Assembly: GCA_963707025.1 (NCBI GenBank)
Contig: CAVPOM010000005.1
Coordinates: 544,001-608,000 of the forward strand
Length of the DNA: 64,000 nt
Source: an uncultured Verrucomicrobiae bacterium
GTDB taxonomy: Bacteria; Verrucomicrobiota; Verrucomicrobiia; Limisphaerales; Palsa-1400
Reading direction: 5' to 3'
The notes beneath the pieces were generated by a model. The model saw only the letters and a list, made by a program, of their open reading frames with translations. It was not told where the DNA came from and made no database searches. The stretch's first letter is position 1. Every line of letters begins with the position of its first letter. Shown here piece after piece: positions 8,871-19,463 of this stretch. The translations under genes and the position numbers were made by a program.

Positions 8871-11512
8871 TGGGCGCTTCCTTTCCTCCCGTTCATCAGT
8901 TGTTCCAGCTTTTCAAGACGTTGTTTCAATTCCTGAATCTCCGCGTCCTTCTCGTTGAGCTTCTGGTTCAAGCCCTGGATGGCGGCCAGGGCCACGCCCT
9001 CCTCGTCCACGGTGGCGATGTGTTTGTCATCGGCCCCGACATTGAAGGCGGCGTGGAAATCCTGAGCCATCGGCCCGATGTGCCGGGTGGCGGTGTCCAG
9101 CTTGAAACTCCACTCGGAGATGGGCAGCCGCGCCACCCGCGCCAGCACCTCCTGCGGGTCAATCCCGGTGAATTTCTCTTTGACGTCCCGGTCGCTGGTT
9201 GTCGTGAAAGTGACTGCCGAGACATTGCCGTTGGTGCCGGTGAGCACGATGGGCGGCTTGCCGCCAAGGATGGTGGAAGTGCCGCGCACGTCCAGATAAC
9301 CGCCCGCTGTGTTGTCCTTAGAGGGCCAGATTTCCAAGGCGTTGCGGAAGCGCATGTGGCCGGGGTAATTGATGCCCCCCACTACGATGCCCGGCGTAAC
9401 ATCATCATCGTTCTCAATGACCACCGTGCCCACTCCGGTGTCCACAGTAAATGGGGCATCAAAGGTGACGTTGCTCTCAGTTTTGGTGACCACCACGGCT
9501 GGCAAGGCCTGCAAGGGCACTGTGCCCGTGGTCAATTCCGAAGCGTTGAGATTGTCCAGTCCACTGCCATTCCCATTAAACGTGCCTGCCAGATTGCTGA
9601 TCACCATCGGCATATTCATGGCAACACGCTGTGGATAGACCAGCACCTCCGTCAGCGTATTGGTGCCGCTATTGGCGCTGAACAAATCCGGTGTGCCATC
9701 GTCGTTGACATCGGCGGCCACAACTTGCCAGGGGCCGGCTTCCACATGGATGGTGGCATAAAACCCAAAGATGCCGTGGCCATTGTTGGTCAGCACCGTC
9801 AACGAATCGTCGTCGGTATTGGCGGTGACCAAATCCGGCGCGCCGTCGCCGTTGATGTCCACCGCGATGACCGATTGCGGTTTAATTCCCACGTTCAGCG
9901 TGGCATTGGAACCAAAGACCCCGTGGCCGTTGTTGGTCAGCACGGTCAGCGTGTTTTCATAGGTTTCGGCACAAACCAAATCGGGTGAGCCATCGCCGTT
10001 GACATCCACCGCCACAACTGAAACCGGACTGTTGCTCACTGCGAGCGTGGCGTTGGAACCAAAGACGCCCTGGCCGTTGTTGGTCAGCACCGTCAATGTG
10101 CCGGAAGTGATATTGGCGCTGATCAAATCCGGCGCGCCGTCGCCGTTGATATCGGCCACCGCCACTTGATTCGGTCCCTCGCCCACGATGAGCGTGGCAT
10201 TGGAACCGAAGACGCCGCTGCCGTTGTTGGTGTACACGGTCAGGATGTTGGCGAACGTGCCAGAGGCAATCAAATCCACTGCGCCGTCGCCGTTGACATC
10301 CGCCGCCGCAACATAATATGGGCCGACTCCCACGTTGAGCGTGGCATTGGAAATAAAGCCGCCGTGGCCATTGTTGGTCAGCACCGTCAAGGTGCTGTCG
10401 CCGTTATTGGCGCAGATCAAATCCGGTTTGCCGTCGCCATTGACATCCGCCGCCACCACCGAAAGGGGAAAGTGGCCTACGTTGAGCGTGGCGATGGAAC
10501 CAAAAACGCCGTGGCCGTTGTTCGCCAGCACCGTCAACGTGTTGGAGCCTCCATTGGCGCTGACCAAGTCCAGTTTGCCGTCTCCGTTGACATCCACCGC
10601 GACAACCGAATATGGGTTGGCTCCCACGTTAAGCGGAAGGCCGGGGGTAAAGAGCGACGGCAGCAGGTTGAATGTTCCGGCCGGGCCAACCGACGAAAGG
10701 CTGATATTGGTCACCCCGGCCCCATTGCCGCTGAAACTACCGGTCAGCGCCACGTTGGCTGCGCCATTGGTCAATACGCTACTCGGCAACTGTCCCACCG
10801 GCAGCGTGCCCAGCAGATTGCTCGCGTTGCCGGCCACGACGGCGTACGGCGTGGGCGTCAAGTCCTGCACCGGACTCAGCGCGGCAAACCCGTTCACGCC
10901 GTCATTGAACCAAATGCGCAACTGCAGGCCGGATGCGTCCGTGAAGACGGAAACGGGGATGGCCGTCATGTTGGCCAGAGTCGTGTCGCCCAAAACCACG
11001 GTGAACAGGCCGTTGTTGACTCCCAGGCTCACCGCGTGGGCAGGTTGGCTGCCCGCGCTGCTGGTGCCGTCGTTGCTCCAGTAGGTTGTGAAGGAAAGGT
11101 CAACGGGGGGCGCGCCAATCGTCACGGTGGGCGTGCCGGTGTAACCGGAGCCGGGATTGTTCACCGTGATGGCGGTCACCGCCCCGCCGCTGACGCTGGC
11201 TGTGGCCGTGGCGCCCGAACCGCCGCCACCGGAAATGGTGACGGCGGGGGCGGTGGTGTAACCATTTCCGCCGAACGTGACGTTAATGACGGTGATGAAC
11301 CCGCCACTGGGAGGACTGGCCGTGGCGGTGGCCTGGCTGGCGACGTTCGAACTGGTGACCAGGGCGAACTTGAACTGCCCTGTGCCGCTGAAGTTGGTGC
11401 CGCCGTCCGTGACCAAGCCTTGATAGGTGAAGGCCGTGCCCTGGGCATGGGCGGAAAAGCAGATGGCGGAAAGCAGATGACAGATGGCGATAGACTTGAG
11501 TTTGATTTTCAT
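8867..11512 (-). CDS. Fibre C: secreted protein with [10 protein letters not shown]-domain, seven FG-GAP/VCBS repeats and C-terminal peptidase S74 chaperone
   Basis: Signal ending [12 protein letters not shown]; seven 49-aa repeats containing DVNGDGxxDL; S74 motifs TTSDRDVKE...W.FK...HIGPMAQDF; terminal coiled coil. Confidence 0.85.
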   Translation of the reverse strand: MKIKLKSIAICHLLSAICFSAHAQGTAFTYQGLVTDGGTNFSGTGQFKFALVTSSNVASQATATASPPSGGFITVINVTFGGNGYTTAPAVTISGGGGSGATATASVSGGAVTAITVNNPGSGYTGTPTVTIGAPPVDLSFTTYWSNDGTSSAGSQPAHAVSLGVNNGLFTVVLGDTTLANMTAIPVSVFTDASGLQLRIWFNDGVNGFAALSPVQDLTPTPYAVVAGNASNLLGTLPVGQLPSSVLTNGAANVALTGSFSGNGAGVTNISLSSVGPAGTFNLLPSLFTPGLPLNVGANPYSVVAVDVNGDGKLDLVSANGGSNTLTVLANNGHGVFGSIATLNVGHFPLSVVAADVNGDGKPDLICANNGDSTLTVLTNNGHGGFISNATLNVGVGPYYVAAADVNGDGAVDLIASGTFANILTVYTNNGSGVFGSNATLIVGEGPNQVAVADINGDGAPDLISANITSGTLTVLTNNGQGVFGSNATLAVSNSPVSVVAVDVNGDGSPDLVCAETYENTLTVLTNNGHGVFGSNATLNVGIKPQSVIAVDINGDGAPDLVTANTDDDSLTVLTNNGHGIFGFYATIHVEAGPWQVVAADVNDDGTPDLFSANSGTNTLTEVLVYPQRVAMNMPMVISNLAGTFNGNGSGLDNLNASELTTGTVPLQALPAVVVTKTESNVTFDAPFTVDTGVGTVVIENDDDVTPGIVVGGINYPGHMRFRNALEIWPSKDNTAGGYLDVRGTSTILGGKPPIVLTGTNGNVSAVTFTTTSDRDVKEKFTGIDPQEVLARVARLPISEWSFKLDTATRHIGPMAQDFHAAFNVGADDKHIATVDEEGVALAAIQGLNQKLNEKDAEIQELKQRLEKLEQLMNGRKGSAQ
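9640..10625 (-). repeat. Seven tandem ~147-bp coding repeats (FG-GAP blades)
   Basis: The DNA motifs gccgttgttggtcagcaccgtca and cgccgttgacatcc recur with a 49-codon period. Confidence 0.85.
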
Positions 11513-11525
11513 AACTGGATTCCTT

Positions 11526-12518
11526 TCAATTTGATTTTCGGCTGAGAAGGATTCTTTCCAGCGCTTGGAGACGCAGCCTCAGTTCCATGTTCTCCGCATC
11601 GCGCCGTTTCAATTCCTCCTGGAGTTTCTGATTCAGCCCCTGAATGGGGGCCAGGGCCACGCCGCCTTCGTCCACGGTGGCAATATGCTTGTCATCCGGG
11701 CCGACGTTGAAGGCCGCGAAAAGATCCTGGGCCATCGGGCCGATGTGGCGCGTGCCGGCGTCGGCCTTGTAACTCCATTGGCTGATGGGCAGCGCCGTGA
11801 CCTTGTCCAGAATCTCCGCCGGACGCACCGCCTGGAAGCCTGGTTTGGCGTTGCGATCACTGGCGCTGACAAACGTCCCGCTGACCGTCAGCCCGCTGAG
11901 GGTGAGCTGCATCAACTCGGTGCCGCCGCTGCCCGGATCGTCGGTCGTATCACTGTGGCTGCCGCCGGGGAACCAGGCGAAGCCGGCGCTGGCGTGGGTG
12001 CGGAAATACTCCCGCGAGTTCTGGACCCCGATGCCGTAAGTGCTGGTCGAGAAATTGAGCATTTGCCGGGTCAGGTTTCCAAAGAACATGCTGGTGGAGG
12101 TGTCCGCTTGAATGCCTCCCTGCGCGCGGATGCAAAATTGAAAGTCAGCGGAGGAACCGAAATCAAAGACCTGGCCGTCCGACCAGACAAAACAGTTGTC
12201 GTTGGTCGCGGCTGCATTCAGGCCGGCGGCGAAGGACTCCAAGCCGCTGGCAAGATTGTCCACGCCGCCTGGAACTGTCGAACCGTAGGCGTCCGCCATG
12301 TTGCCGTTACCGCCGCCCACCGTCGCATCCCCGCCGTTGCTGGGATAAAGGCTGGTCCGAATGTCATAAAGGCCGTTGGCCAAAACACCGCTTTCCATCA
12401 ACTGGCCTTGAAAGGTGAAGGCCGTGCCCTGGGCGAAAGCGGGGGAAAGTGGCGCGTTGATGGTTGCAAGCGCGGGCAACGCCAGCGCGATGAACCAGCG
12501 GGGTGACCTGGTTTTCAT
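11526..12518 (-). CDS. Fibre D: short, probably internally deleted fibre with S74 chaperone
   Basis: The first ~59 aa match fibre B up to DIRTSLYP. The sequence then jumps to a ATVGGGNGN repeat remnant, a head region and S74 motifs SDRNAK...HIGPMAQD. Confidence 0.7.
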   Translation of the reverse strand: MKTRSPRWFIALALPALATINAPLSPAFAQGTAFTFQGQLMESGVLANGLYDIRTSLYPSNGGDATVGGGNGNMADAYGSTVPGGVDNLASGLESFAAGLNAAATNDNCFVWSDGQVFDFGSSADFQFCIRAQGGIQADTSTSMFFGNLTRQMLNFSTSTYGIGVQNSREYFRTHASAGFAWFPGGSHSDTTDDPGSGGTELMQLTLSGLTVSGTFVSASDRNAKPGFQAVRPAEILDKVTALPISQWSYKADAGTRHIGPMAQDLFAAFNVGPDDKHIATVDEGGVALAPIQGLNQKLQEELKRRDAENMELRLRLQALERILLSRKSN

Positions 12519-12593
12519 AGGCGATTCAGGGTTTCCATCCGCCTCGGGGCTGCGACGGCCTCCGGAGGACGGCGATTGACTGCTTAAGTTGTC

Positions 12594-12628
12594 ATCCTAC
12601 CACCAGCCCCGCTTAAGTTCAAGTTAAA
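12594..12628 (-). promoter_or_regulatory. sigma70-type promoter with TTAA direct repeat (fibre D/C operon)
   Basis: Minus strand reads TTTAAC-TTGAA-CTTAAG and TTGAAC-N17-TAGGAT; paralog of 8535-8569. Confidence 0.6.
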
Positions 12629-12774
12629 AACCGCGACACGACCTCCAAACCGTCAGAAAGCCGTCACAAGAAACTTGCCAAAAGCCGGGATTGGCCCAAT
12701 ATCACCACAAGTCTCCGCCACAGATTGGCAAAAACAAACGCCGCCAGGCGAAAGTTCCAACAACGGATTAACTA

Positions 12775-14139
12775 ATGAACACTGCAAAAGCCGGTGCCGG
12801 CATCAGTCGGCGACGTTTTCTCCTCTCCGGCGGCGCCGCTCTTGTGCTGCCGCAACTGGTTGCCGGTTGCGCCACGGCTGGCGCACCCCGTTCGCAACCG
12901 ATTCCGCCCAGCAGCCGGATCACGCTCGGCTTCATCGGCATGGGCACGCAAGCGCGCGGCTTGCTGGACAATTTTCTCCGGCAGGAGACACGCGTGCTGG
13001 CAGTCTGCGATGTGGACACGACCCGCCGCAACGACGCGAAGCAGAAGGTGGACACATTCTACACAAACCAAAACTGCGCGGCTTACAACGATTTTCGCGA
13101 AATCATCGCCCGCCCGGACATTGACGCGGTTTGCATCGCCACGCCCGACCACTGGCACGCGATTCCGACGCTGGCGGCGCTGCGCTCCGGCAAGGACGTT
13201 TATTGCGAGAAACCTCTGACGCACAACATCCACGAGGCGGTGGAGGTCATGAAGGCGGCGCAGAGGCACAAACGGGTCTTGCAGACCGGCTCGATGCAAC
13301 GCTCGATGAATGAATTTCGCGTGGCGTGCGAACTGGTGCGCAACGGGGTGATCGGGCAGATTCAGAAGGTGGAATGCAGCTTCGGAGATCCCGGCTGGCC
13401 ATGCGACTTGGCGGAGGAAAAAATGGAGCCGGGCCTGGATTGGAACCTCTGGTGCGGCCCGGCGCCGCTGCGCGGCTACAGTTCCGTGCTCAGTCCGCGC
13501 GGCGTGCATCAGGTTTTTCCGGCGTGGCGCGATTTCCGGGAGTATGGCAGCGGGGCGGTGGGCGATTGGGGCGCGCATCACCTCGACATCGCCCAGTGGG
13601 GCCTCGGCATGGACGAGAGCGGCCCGGTGGAGGTCATTCCGCCCGGCGATCCGAACGCCAAACGGGGCGCGAAACTGGTCTATGCCAGCGGCGTCACGGT
13701 GGAACACAAAGACGGATTTGGCGTGCATTTCTTTGGCAAAGGCGGCGAAGTGCGGGTCAACCGCGGGAAGTTCGTGCTGATCGTCGGTGGGGAGACCATC
13801 GCCAGTTTCACCGATGACAAATCCAAGAAAAGCGAGGAGGACACGACCTGCGCGGCCGAGGTCAGAAAGGCCCAAAGCCGCTGCCTGGCCAACGCCGCGG
13901 TCAAACTCTATGTGAGCCATCAGCACATTTCCGATTTCATGGCGTGCGTCAAGAGCCGCAAGCAACCCATAACCAATGAGCAGGTCGGGGCGCGCTCCGC
14001 CATCTGCTGCCATCTAATCAACCAGAGTTACTACCACCACGCGCACCTCCAGTGGAATCCGGCCCAGTTCAAGTTCACCGGGGGCACCGGTGATCCGAAA
14101 TGGCTGACCCGCGACTATCGCAAGCCCTGGACGGTCTGA
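12775..14139 (+). CDS. Tat-exported Gfo/Idh/MocA oxidoreductase
   Basis: SRRRFL Tat motif, GFIGMGTQA, IATPDHWH, YCEKP and DWGAHHLD. Confidence 0.92.
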   Translation: MNTAKAGAGISRRRFLLSGGAALVLPQLVAGCATAGAPRSQPIPPSSRITLGFIGMGTQARGLLDNFLRQETRVLAVCDVDTTRRNDAKQKVDTFYTNQNCAAYNDFREIIARPDIDAVCIATPDHWHAIPTLAALRSGKDVYCEKPLTHNIHEAVEVMKAAQRHKRVLQTGSMQRSMNEFRVACELVRNGVIGQIQKVECSFGDPGWPCDLAEEKMEPGLDWNLWCGPAPLRGYSSVLSPRGVHQVFPAWRDFREYGSGAVGDWGAHHLDIAQWGLGMDESGPVEVIPPGDPNAKRGAKLVYASGVTVEHKDGFGVHFFGKGGEVRVNRGKFVLIVGGETIASFTDDKSKKSEEDTTCAAEVRKAQSRCLANAAVKLYVSHQHISDFMACVKSRKQPITNEQVGARSAICCHLINQSYYHHAHLQWNPAQFKFTGGTGDPKWLTRDYRKPWTV

Positions 14140-14205
14140 GGCGCCTGAAAGAGGCGCGTGGCAGAGAAGTCCGGCGATGGAAGAAAATGTAAGCACTGCG
14201 ATACA

Positions 14206-14343
14206 TAGAGCGGTTTCACAAATACTGTAGCCGCATTACGCGGCAGGGTCCCGGTCCCGAATTATCGGGACCCGCCGCGGCGCGCACGGAGTGCGCGCCC
14301 TACCTTCTTCATTCAGGGCTACTCTATTTATTGAACCGCTCCA
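14206..14343. repeat. MITE-like element enclosing a GTAG-family REP hairpin (copy 1)
   Basis: Imperfect terminal IRs TAGAGCGGTTTCACAAATA / TATTTATTGAACCGCTCCA, with inner GCGCGCACGGAGTGCGCGCCCTACC. It lies between convergent genes; second copy at 19210. Confidence 0.7.
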
Positions 14344-14359
14344 GGCTTAAATATATTTG

Positions 14360-15706
14360 TTAACTGTGTTCCGCCGGGTGGGTCCAGGGGGCGCGGTAAG
14401 GCCGGCGCAAGAGACGATTTGCAGCCTCGTCTCCAATGACCTCTCCCTTTTCAGTGTCCCAAGCCAGGGACCGGCCGAGTTGCATGGAAATGTTGGCCAG
14501 AATGCAAGAGGCGGTGGAAATGTATCCCTGCTCGATGTCCGCCACCGGCCGGCCATGTGTTTGGATGGAGGAGAGAAAATCCCGCATGTGCCGGCGCGTT
14601 GCCGGAGCACAGTGTTTCTCAATGTCTTTCTCAGTCCGATCTTCAGGATATTCGTCCAGTTCGTAGGTGACATCGCGATGGAGCGGCGGCCCATTGCCGG
14701 AGGGGATAAAATCATAACTGTAAACACTGGCTTTGAGGGTTCCCTTGTCGCCATAGAAGGTTGCCGCCCAGGGATAGTTTTGGTCCGGGGGCTGTCCCCA
14801 AGTGCGGTGCTGCCAGACGACTTGAAGGTTGCCATAGTCGAAGATGGCGCTCTGGGTGTCGGAAATGTTGGCCTTGCTGTTTTTGTAAACGAGGATTCCT
14901 CCGGAGGATTGAATCGTCTTGGGCCAGCCCAGCTCCAGCATCCAACGAGTCATGTCAAACATATGAATGGCCATGTCGCCGATGATGCCGTTGCCGTATT
15001 CCATGAACGCCCGCCAACCCCGTGGATGGACCAGGCGGTTGTAGGGCCTCATGGGGGCGGGGCCGGTCCACATTTCGTAGTCCAAATTCGCGGGCGGGTT
15101 GGTGTCAGGAGGATTGTCCCGCGCGCGTGTGGGGTAATAACAGCAAATCTCGACCAGCCCCACGGTGCCCAATTTGCCGGCCTGGATGATAGAGTCGCGC
15201 GCTTCGATCAAGTGCGGGGTGCTGCGCCGCTGGGTGCCCACTTGGACGACGCGATTCATCTTTCGCGCGGCTGCCAGCATGGCCTTGCCTTCAAGGACAT
15301 CCACACTGATCGGTTTTTGCACATAGACATCGGCGCCGGCTTCCAGCGCGGCAATCAGGTGGAGGGCGTGCCAATGATCGGGCGAGCCGACCAGCACAAT
15401 ATCGAGGTCCTTTTCCTTCAACATTTCCCGGTAATCGCGGCAGGTGCGCGGCTTCTTGCGGGAAACCTGGCGAGAGGCCACTAAATCAGCCGCCTCTGAC
15501 AGCATCCGGCTGTCAACGTCGCAGAGCGACACCACCTCAACAGGGGCAACCTGGATGAGCCGGAACAGATCGCTCTTGCCGTACCATCCGCAGCCGATCA
15601 AGCCGACGCGTTTTTTTGCGCCAGCAGTTTCCTGGGAATAATCGTTGAAGGCACCCAAGCCCAGGCTGGCTGCGCTGGCGACTTTGAGAAAGTGGCGGCG
15701 ATTCAT
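14360..15706 (-). CDS. Tat-exported Gfo/Idh/MocA oxidoreductase
   Basis: Start reassigned to MNRRHFLK; motifs GLIGCGWYG, SPDHWH, YVQKP and DMAIHMFD. Confidence 0.92.
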   Translation of the reverse strand: MNRRHFLKVASAASLGLGAFNDYSQETAGAKKRVGLIGCGWYGKSDLFRLIQVAPVEVVSLCDVDSRMLSEAADLVASRQVSRKKPRTCRDYREMLKEKDLDIVLVGSPDHWHALHLIAALEAGADVYVQKPISVDVLEGKAMLAAARKMNRVVQVGTQRRSTPHLIEARDSIIQAGKLGTVGLVEICCYYPTRARDNPPDTNPPANLDYEMWTGPAPMRPYNRLVHPRGWRAFMEYGNGIIGDMAIHMFDMTRWMLELGWPKTIQSSGGILVYKNSKANISDTQSAIFDYGNLQVVWQHRTWGQPPDQNYPWAATFYGDKGTLKASVYSYDFIPSGNGPPLHRDVTYELDEYPEDRTEKDIEKHCAPATRRHMRDFLSSIQTHGRPVADIEQGYISTASCILANISMQLGRSLAWDTEKGEVIGDEAANRLLRRPYRAPWTHPAEHS

Positions 15707-15878
15707 ATTTTTATAATGCGACCGGCAGGCGCCCCGGGTCAAGGCTCGCGCTTGCCGGTATAACCCATTCTGCGCAGTAATCGCCAATGCAAGCTGGTTG
15801 CACTCCGCTCCCTCTGGCCATGTCAGCCGATTTGGGTTTGCCAGTGAGTCGCGTTTAAGAGATTTTCAAGGTCAGAAT

Positions 15879-17328
15879 CACACCCGTCTCATAAGGGGAA
15901 AAGTCTGGTGCTGACCTGTTCATTTGCAAGGGTTTAATTGGTCTTCGGGGTAAAATGAGATTTTGATTTTTCCGAGTTTGGCTTTTGGGTTTGGTATGCG
16001 CCTGTTTGGGCGCGTGTGCTGTCCCATAGCTTTATTGGAAGCCGGGGAAATACGCCTGCTCGGGCCGCGCCAAGTGGCGAAAGCTGCCGCCTGCTGTCCC
16101 ATAGCACGCCAGCAAATTGAGCAGATCATATTTCTCCCAGAGCGCCGCCCGCAAAATCGTGAACAGCCGGGTGAAGCTGTGCGCCCAGTTGGAGAGGTGA
16201 CTGAGGTAGCGCAACAGCACGTAGGTCAACAGCGCCGTCCACACCTGCCAGCGCACGGCGTTGGCGTTGTGGCCCAGAAAATCCGCCAACTGCAAGGTCT
16301 GCTTGATTTGTTTGAAGAAGACTTCGATCTGCCAGCGGCAGCGGTAAAGGTCGGCCACGCTGCGCGGACTCCACTCCAGGTTGTTGGTCAGGAAGGTCAT
16401 TTCCCGTTCCTCTCCATCAATCTCGACCAGCGCCACCACCCGGCGCATCAACTCCGGCGCGGGTTTGTTCTCGTTGCTCAGGACGATCACTTCGTCGCGC
16501 AAAATCTTCGGGTCTCTGGAGGCGGGCATTTTCCGCACCACCTCATAGCCCATGTTCTCCTTGGCCCGCGTCACCCAAAAGACCCCGCGCCCGTCCAAAT
16601 CCCGCAAGTGGCCGAAGTCCACATAACCCTTGTCGAACAAGGCGATTTCGCCGCTCTTCAAGTCGGCGCACAGTTCCCGCGCCCGTCGGTTGTCGTGCTC
16701 GGCGGCAGTGTCCACAATGACAAAACCGGGCAAAAGATTCTGCAGATTCAACCGCATATGGGTTTTGGCGGCGGCCTTGCGCCGGCGGTGCTTGGCCCAG
16801 TCCAGGCAGTTGGCCACCAGTTCCATGGTCGTGCTATCAATCACATGGATGGGCATCTTGAAACGGAAGGCGGGGCCACGGCGCTGGCCCGCGGCAAAGC
16901 CGGGCGTCTGTGCTTTCAAATGCTCCAGGACCCGCCAGAAGAGTTGTTCGGCCATCTGGGCCGGACGCTCCCGGTTGGCGTGGGAGAGGCCGTTGCGGCT
17001 GGGGGCGCTGGCGCCGCGCAAAGTGGACAGCGGCCCGGAATGCAATTGCAGCGAGTCGCACAGATCGTTGAGTCCGATGCAATGGGTGAGTTGCGCGTCC
17101 AGCAAACTGACCGTGTGACTCCACGGACTGAAGGTGCGCGACTTATCCAGAGCCCGGTCTCCCGCGCTATTTTGGAGACTTCATGCGCAGGAATGAGATT
17201 GCAAATCTGGCGCAAAACGTTAAACCGGGACCGTGTCGGTTTGATTTTTTTGTTTTTCATGCCTGCCTTGTGGCAGGTTCAAATGGTCAAGCCAACACTT
17301 TTTTCCAATTTCCTGTGGGATGGCTGTG
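15879..17328 (-). mobile_element. IS4-family insertion sequence, copy 1 (1450 bp)
   Basis: Ends CACAGCCATCCCACAGG / CACACCCGTCTCATAAGG; 9-bp target duplication GGTCAGAAT at 15870-15878 and 17329-17337; near-identical to 62496-63946. Confidence 0.95.
16032..17260 (-). CDS. IS4-family DDE transposase, frameshifted near 17153 (G3 versus G4 in copy 2)
   Basis: IDST, FDKGY and YRCRWQIEVFFK (YREK) motifs; 1 bp shorter than the intact copy. Confidence 0.9.
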
Positions 17329-17362
17329 GGTCAGAATCTAAAATCGCACCGTGAATTCGCCT

Positions 17363-19212
17363 ATGAAGTCTCTTTTCGCAATGGCCCTGCTGGGCGCCGC
17401 CATTCCCTTGGCCGCCCAAGACTCCCGCACCAATGTCATCATCCGGGCCGAACCGCTTGCGGGCGGACGCGTCGAACCCACCTTGTTCGGCAACTTTATG
17501 GAATTGCTGGATGACGTTGTGCCAGGATCGTGGGCCGAGTTGTTGAACGACCGGTCTTTTGCCGGAGTCCTTCCGGCGGCGGATTGGGTGTACTACGACG
17601 GCTCCCTGGATATTTGCGACCGCCAGTGGGACACCAATGCCACCTGGAGCTACGACACCGACAACCCTTTCAACGGGAAACGTTGCGCCAAACTCACGGC
17701 CAGCCCCGGCAGGCCAGCCTCACCCAAACAGGCTTGTCGGCGCGAAAAGACATGGAGTATCAATTTTCAGCCTATCTGCGCGGGGACAACGGGATCAAAG
17801 TCACCGTCCTGCTCAAGGCTGCGCTGCCGACCGGAGAATGGCTTGCCTTGGCTTCGGCCACGCTTCCCCCGCCTTCGTCAGAATGGCAAAAGACCTCCAT
17901 CAAAATGACCTCCATTGGCCAGACCGACCGCGCGGTCTTTGAGTTGCGCGCCGAAGGCCGGGGCCGCCTCTGGGTGAACAAGCTTTCACTCATGCCCGGC
18001 GACAACCGGAACGGCTGGCGGGCGGATGTGGTGGAGGCGATCAAGGAAATCCGCCCCGGCATCATCCGCTGGGGCGGCTCCACGGTGGATCCCGGCCATT
18101 ACCATTGGAAGAACGGCATCGGCGACCACGACCGGCGCACTCCCTGGCCCAACGAGAATTGGGGCCGCCTTGACTCTAATGACGTGGGATTGGACGAGTT
18201 TTGCCAATTCTGCGAGCTGACCGGCGCGGCGCCGCTGATCTGCGTCAGCTTTGCCGATGGCGCCGCCAGCGCGCACGACCTGGTGGAGTATTGCAACGGA
18301 GAGGCCCAGACCACCTGGGGAGCCCGGCGCGCGGGCAACGGCCATCCCGCGCCTTACAATGTCAAGTATTGGGAGATCGGCAACGAGATCAACGGCGGCG
18401 ACGCCGACTACGTGGCTCAATTCCCCGCCTTCATCCAGGCGATCCGGTCAGCCGATTCCGGGGCGCGGATCATGACTTCGTATCCTTCGCAAAAGTTGCT
18501 GGACCGGGTGGGCCGGGAGGTTGATTATGTCTGCCCACACCACTACACGACCGATCTGAACCAGTGCGAGTTGGACTTTGCGCGGATCGGCCAGATGATT
18601 GACCGGACCCCGGGCTGCGCCCACATCAAGATGGGGGTAACAGAATGGAACATTGACGCCGGGGCGTGGGGCTTGGGCCGCGCCCTGCAATCCACACTCT
18701 TGGCGGGCCTGGAAAACGCCCGCTATCTCAACCTGCTCATGCGGCACTCGGACAAGGTCAAGATTGCCAACCGGTCCAATCTGGCCAACAGTTATTGCGG
18801 CGCGACCATTCTGACCGCCGCCTCCGGCACGGGCGTCCTGCGGCAGCCCAGCCACTATGTCATGAAACTTTACAGCCTCCACGCCAAACCGATCCCGCTG
18901 GTGATGCTCCGATATGATAACCGCCTGGACCTCTTCGCCTGCGGTTCTGATGACAAGAAATCCGCCGTCATATTTGCCGTCAATCCAACGCGCGAGCCGG
19001 TGCAGTTGGTCGCTGGTTTCGGCGGTTTCGATTCACTCCCGCGCATCGTCAGCGCCGAGACGGTGTGCGATGTCTTGAATCTGCGACAACCCGACGTGGA
19101 AAATCATTGGCAGGAGCCTGAACGGGTCAAGATTGTCAGGTTGCCTGTGAGTGACGGCGCGGTTCGGTTGCCGGCGCTGTCGGCTACGGCCGTTGAGTGT
19201 GTGACAGATTAG
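17363..19212 (+). CDS. GH51 alpha-L-arabinofuranosidase-like protein, frameshift near 17715
   Basis: Joins ORFs 17351 and 17530: signal peptide, LFGNFMELL, IIRWGG, GLDEF, YWEIGNE and VTEWN. Confidence 0.85.
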
Positions 19213-19343
19213 AGCGTTTTCAAGAAAACTGTAGCCGCAGCACGCGGTAGGGTCCCGGCAGGCCGGGATTGCCCGCCGCGGCGCGCACGGAGTGCGCGCC
19301 CTACCTCCCTCGTTTCGGCTACACAATTTCTTAAACCGCCGTA
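19210..19343. repeat. MITE-like element with REP hairpin (copy 2); supplies the GH51 TAG stop
   Basis: TAGAGCGTTTTCAAGAAAACTGTAGCCGCA...GCGCGCACGGAGTGCGCGCCCTACC...GGCTACACAATTTCTTAAACCGCCGTA. Confidence 0.7.
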
Positions 19344-19463
19344 GGCCAAGATGGAGATGGATGCCGGCGACAAGGCCAGGCAGGCAGCTCAAGCCATCCA
19401 AGATAAGAAACAGGACATCCCTATGGCTTTTCCCCGAATTGTCCAACGAACTGTTGCGGTGTC

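Noticed and set aside
1090..12518. Prophage tail module or diversity-generating retroelement target
   Set aside because: All fibres have signal peptides, and I see no capsid, terminase, sheath, reverse transcriptase or adenine-specific TR/VR pair in the window.
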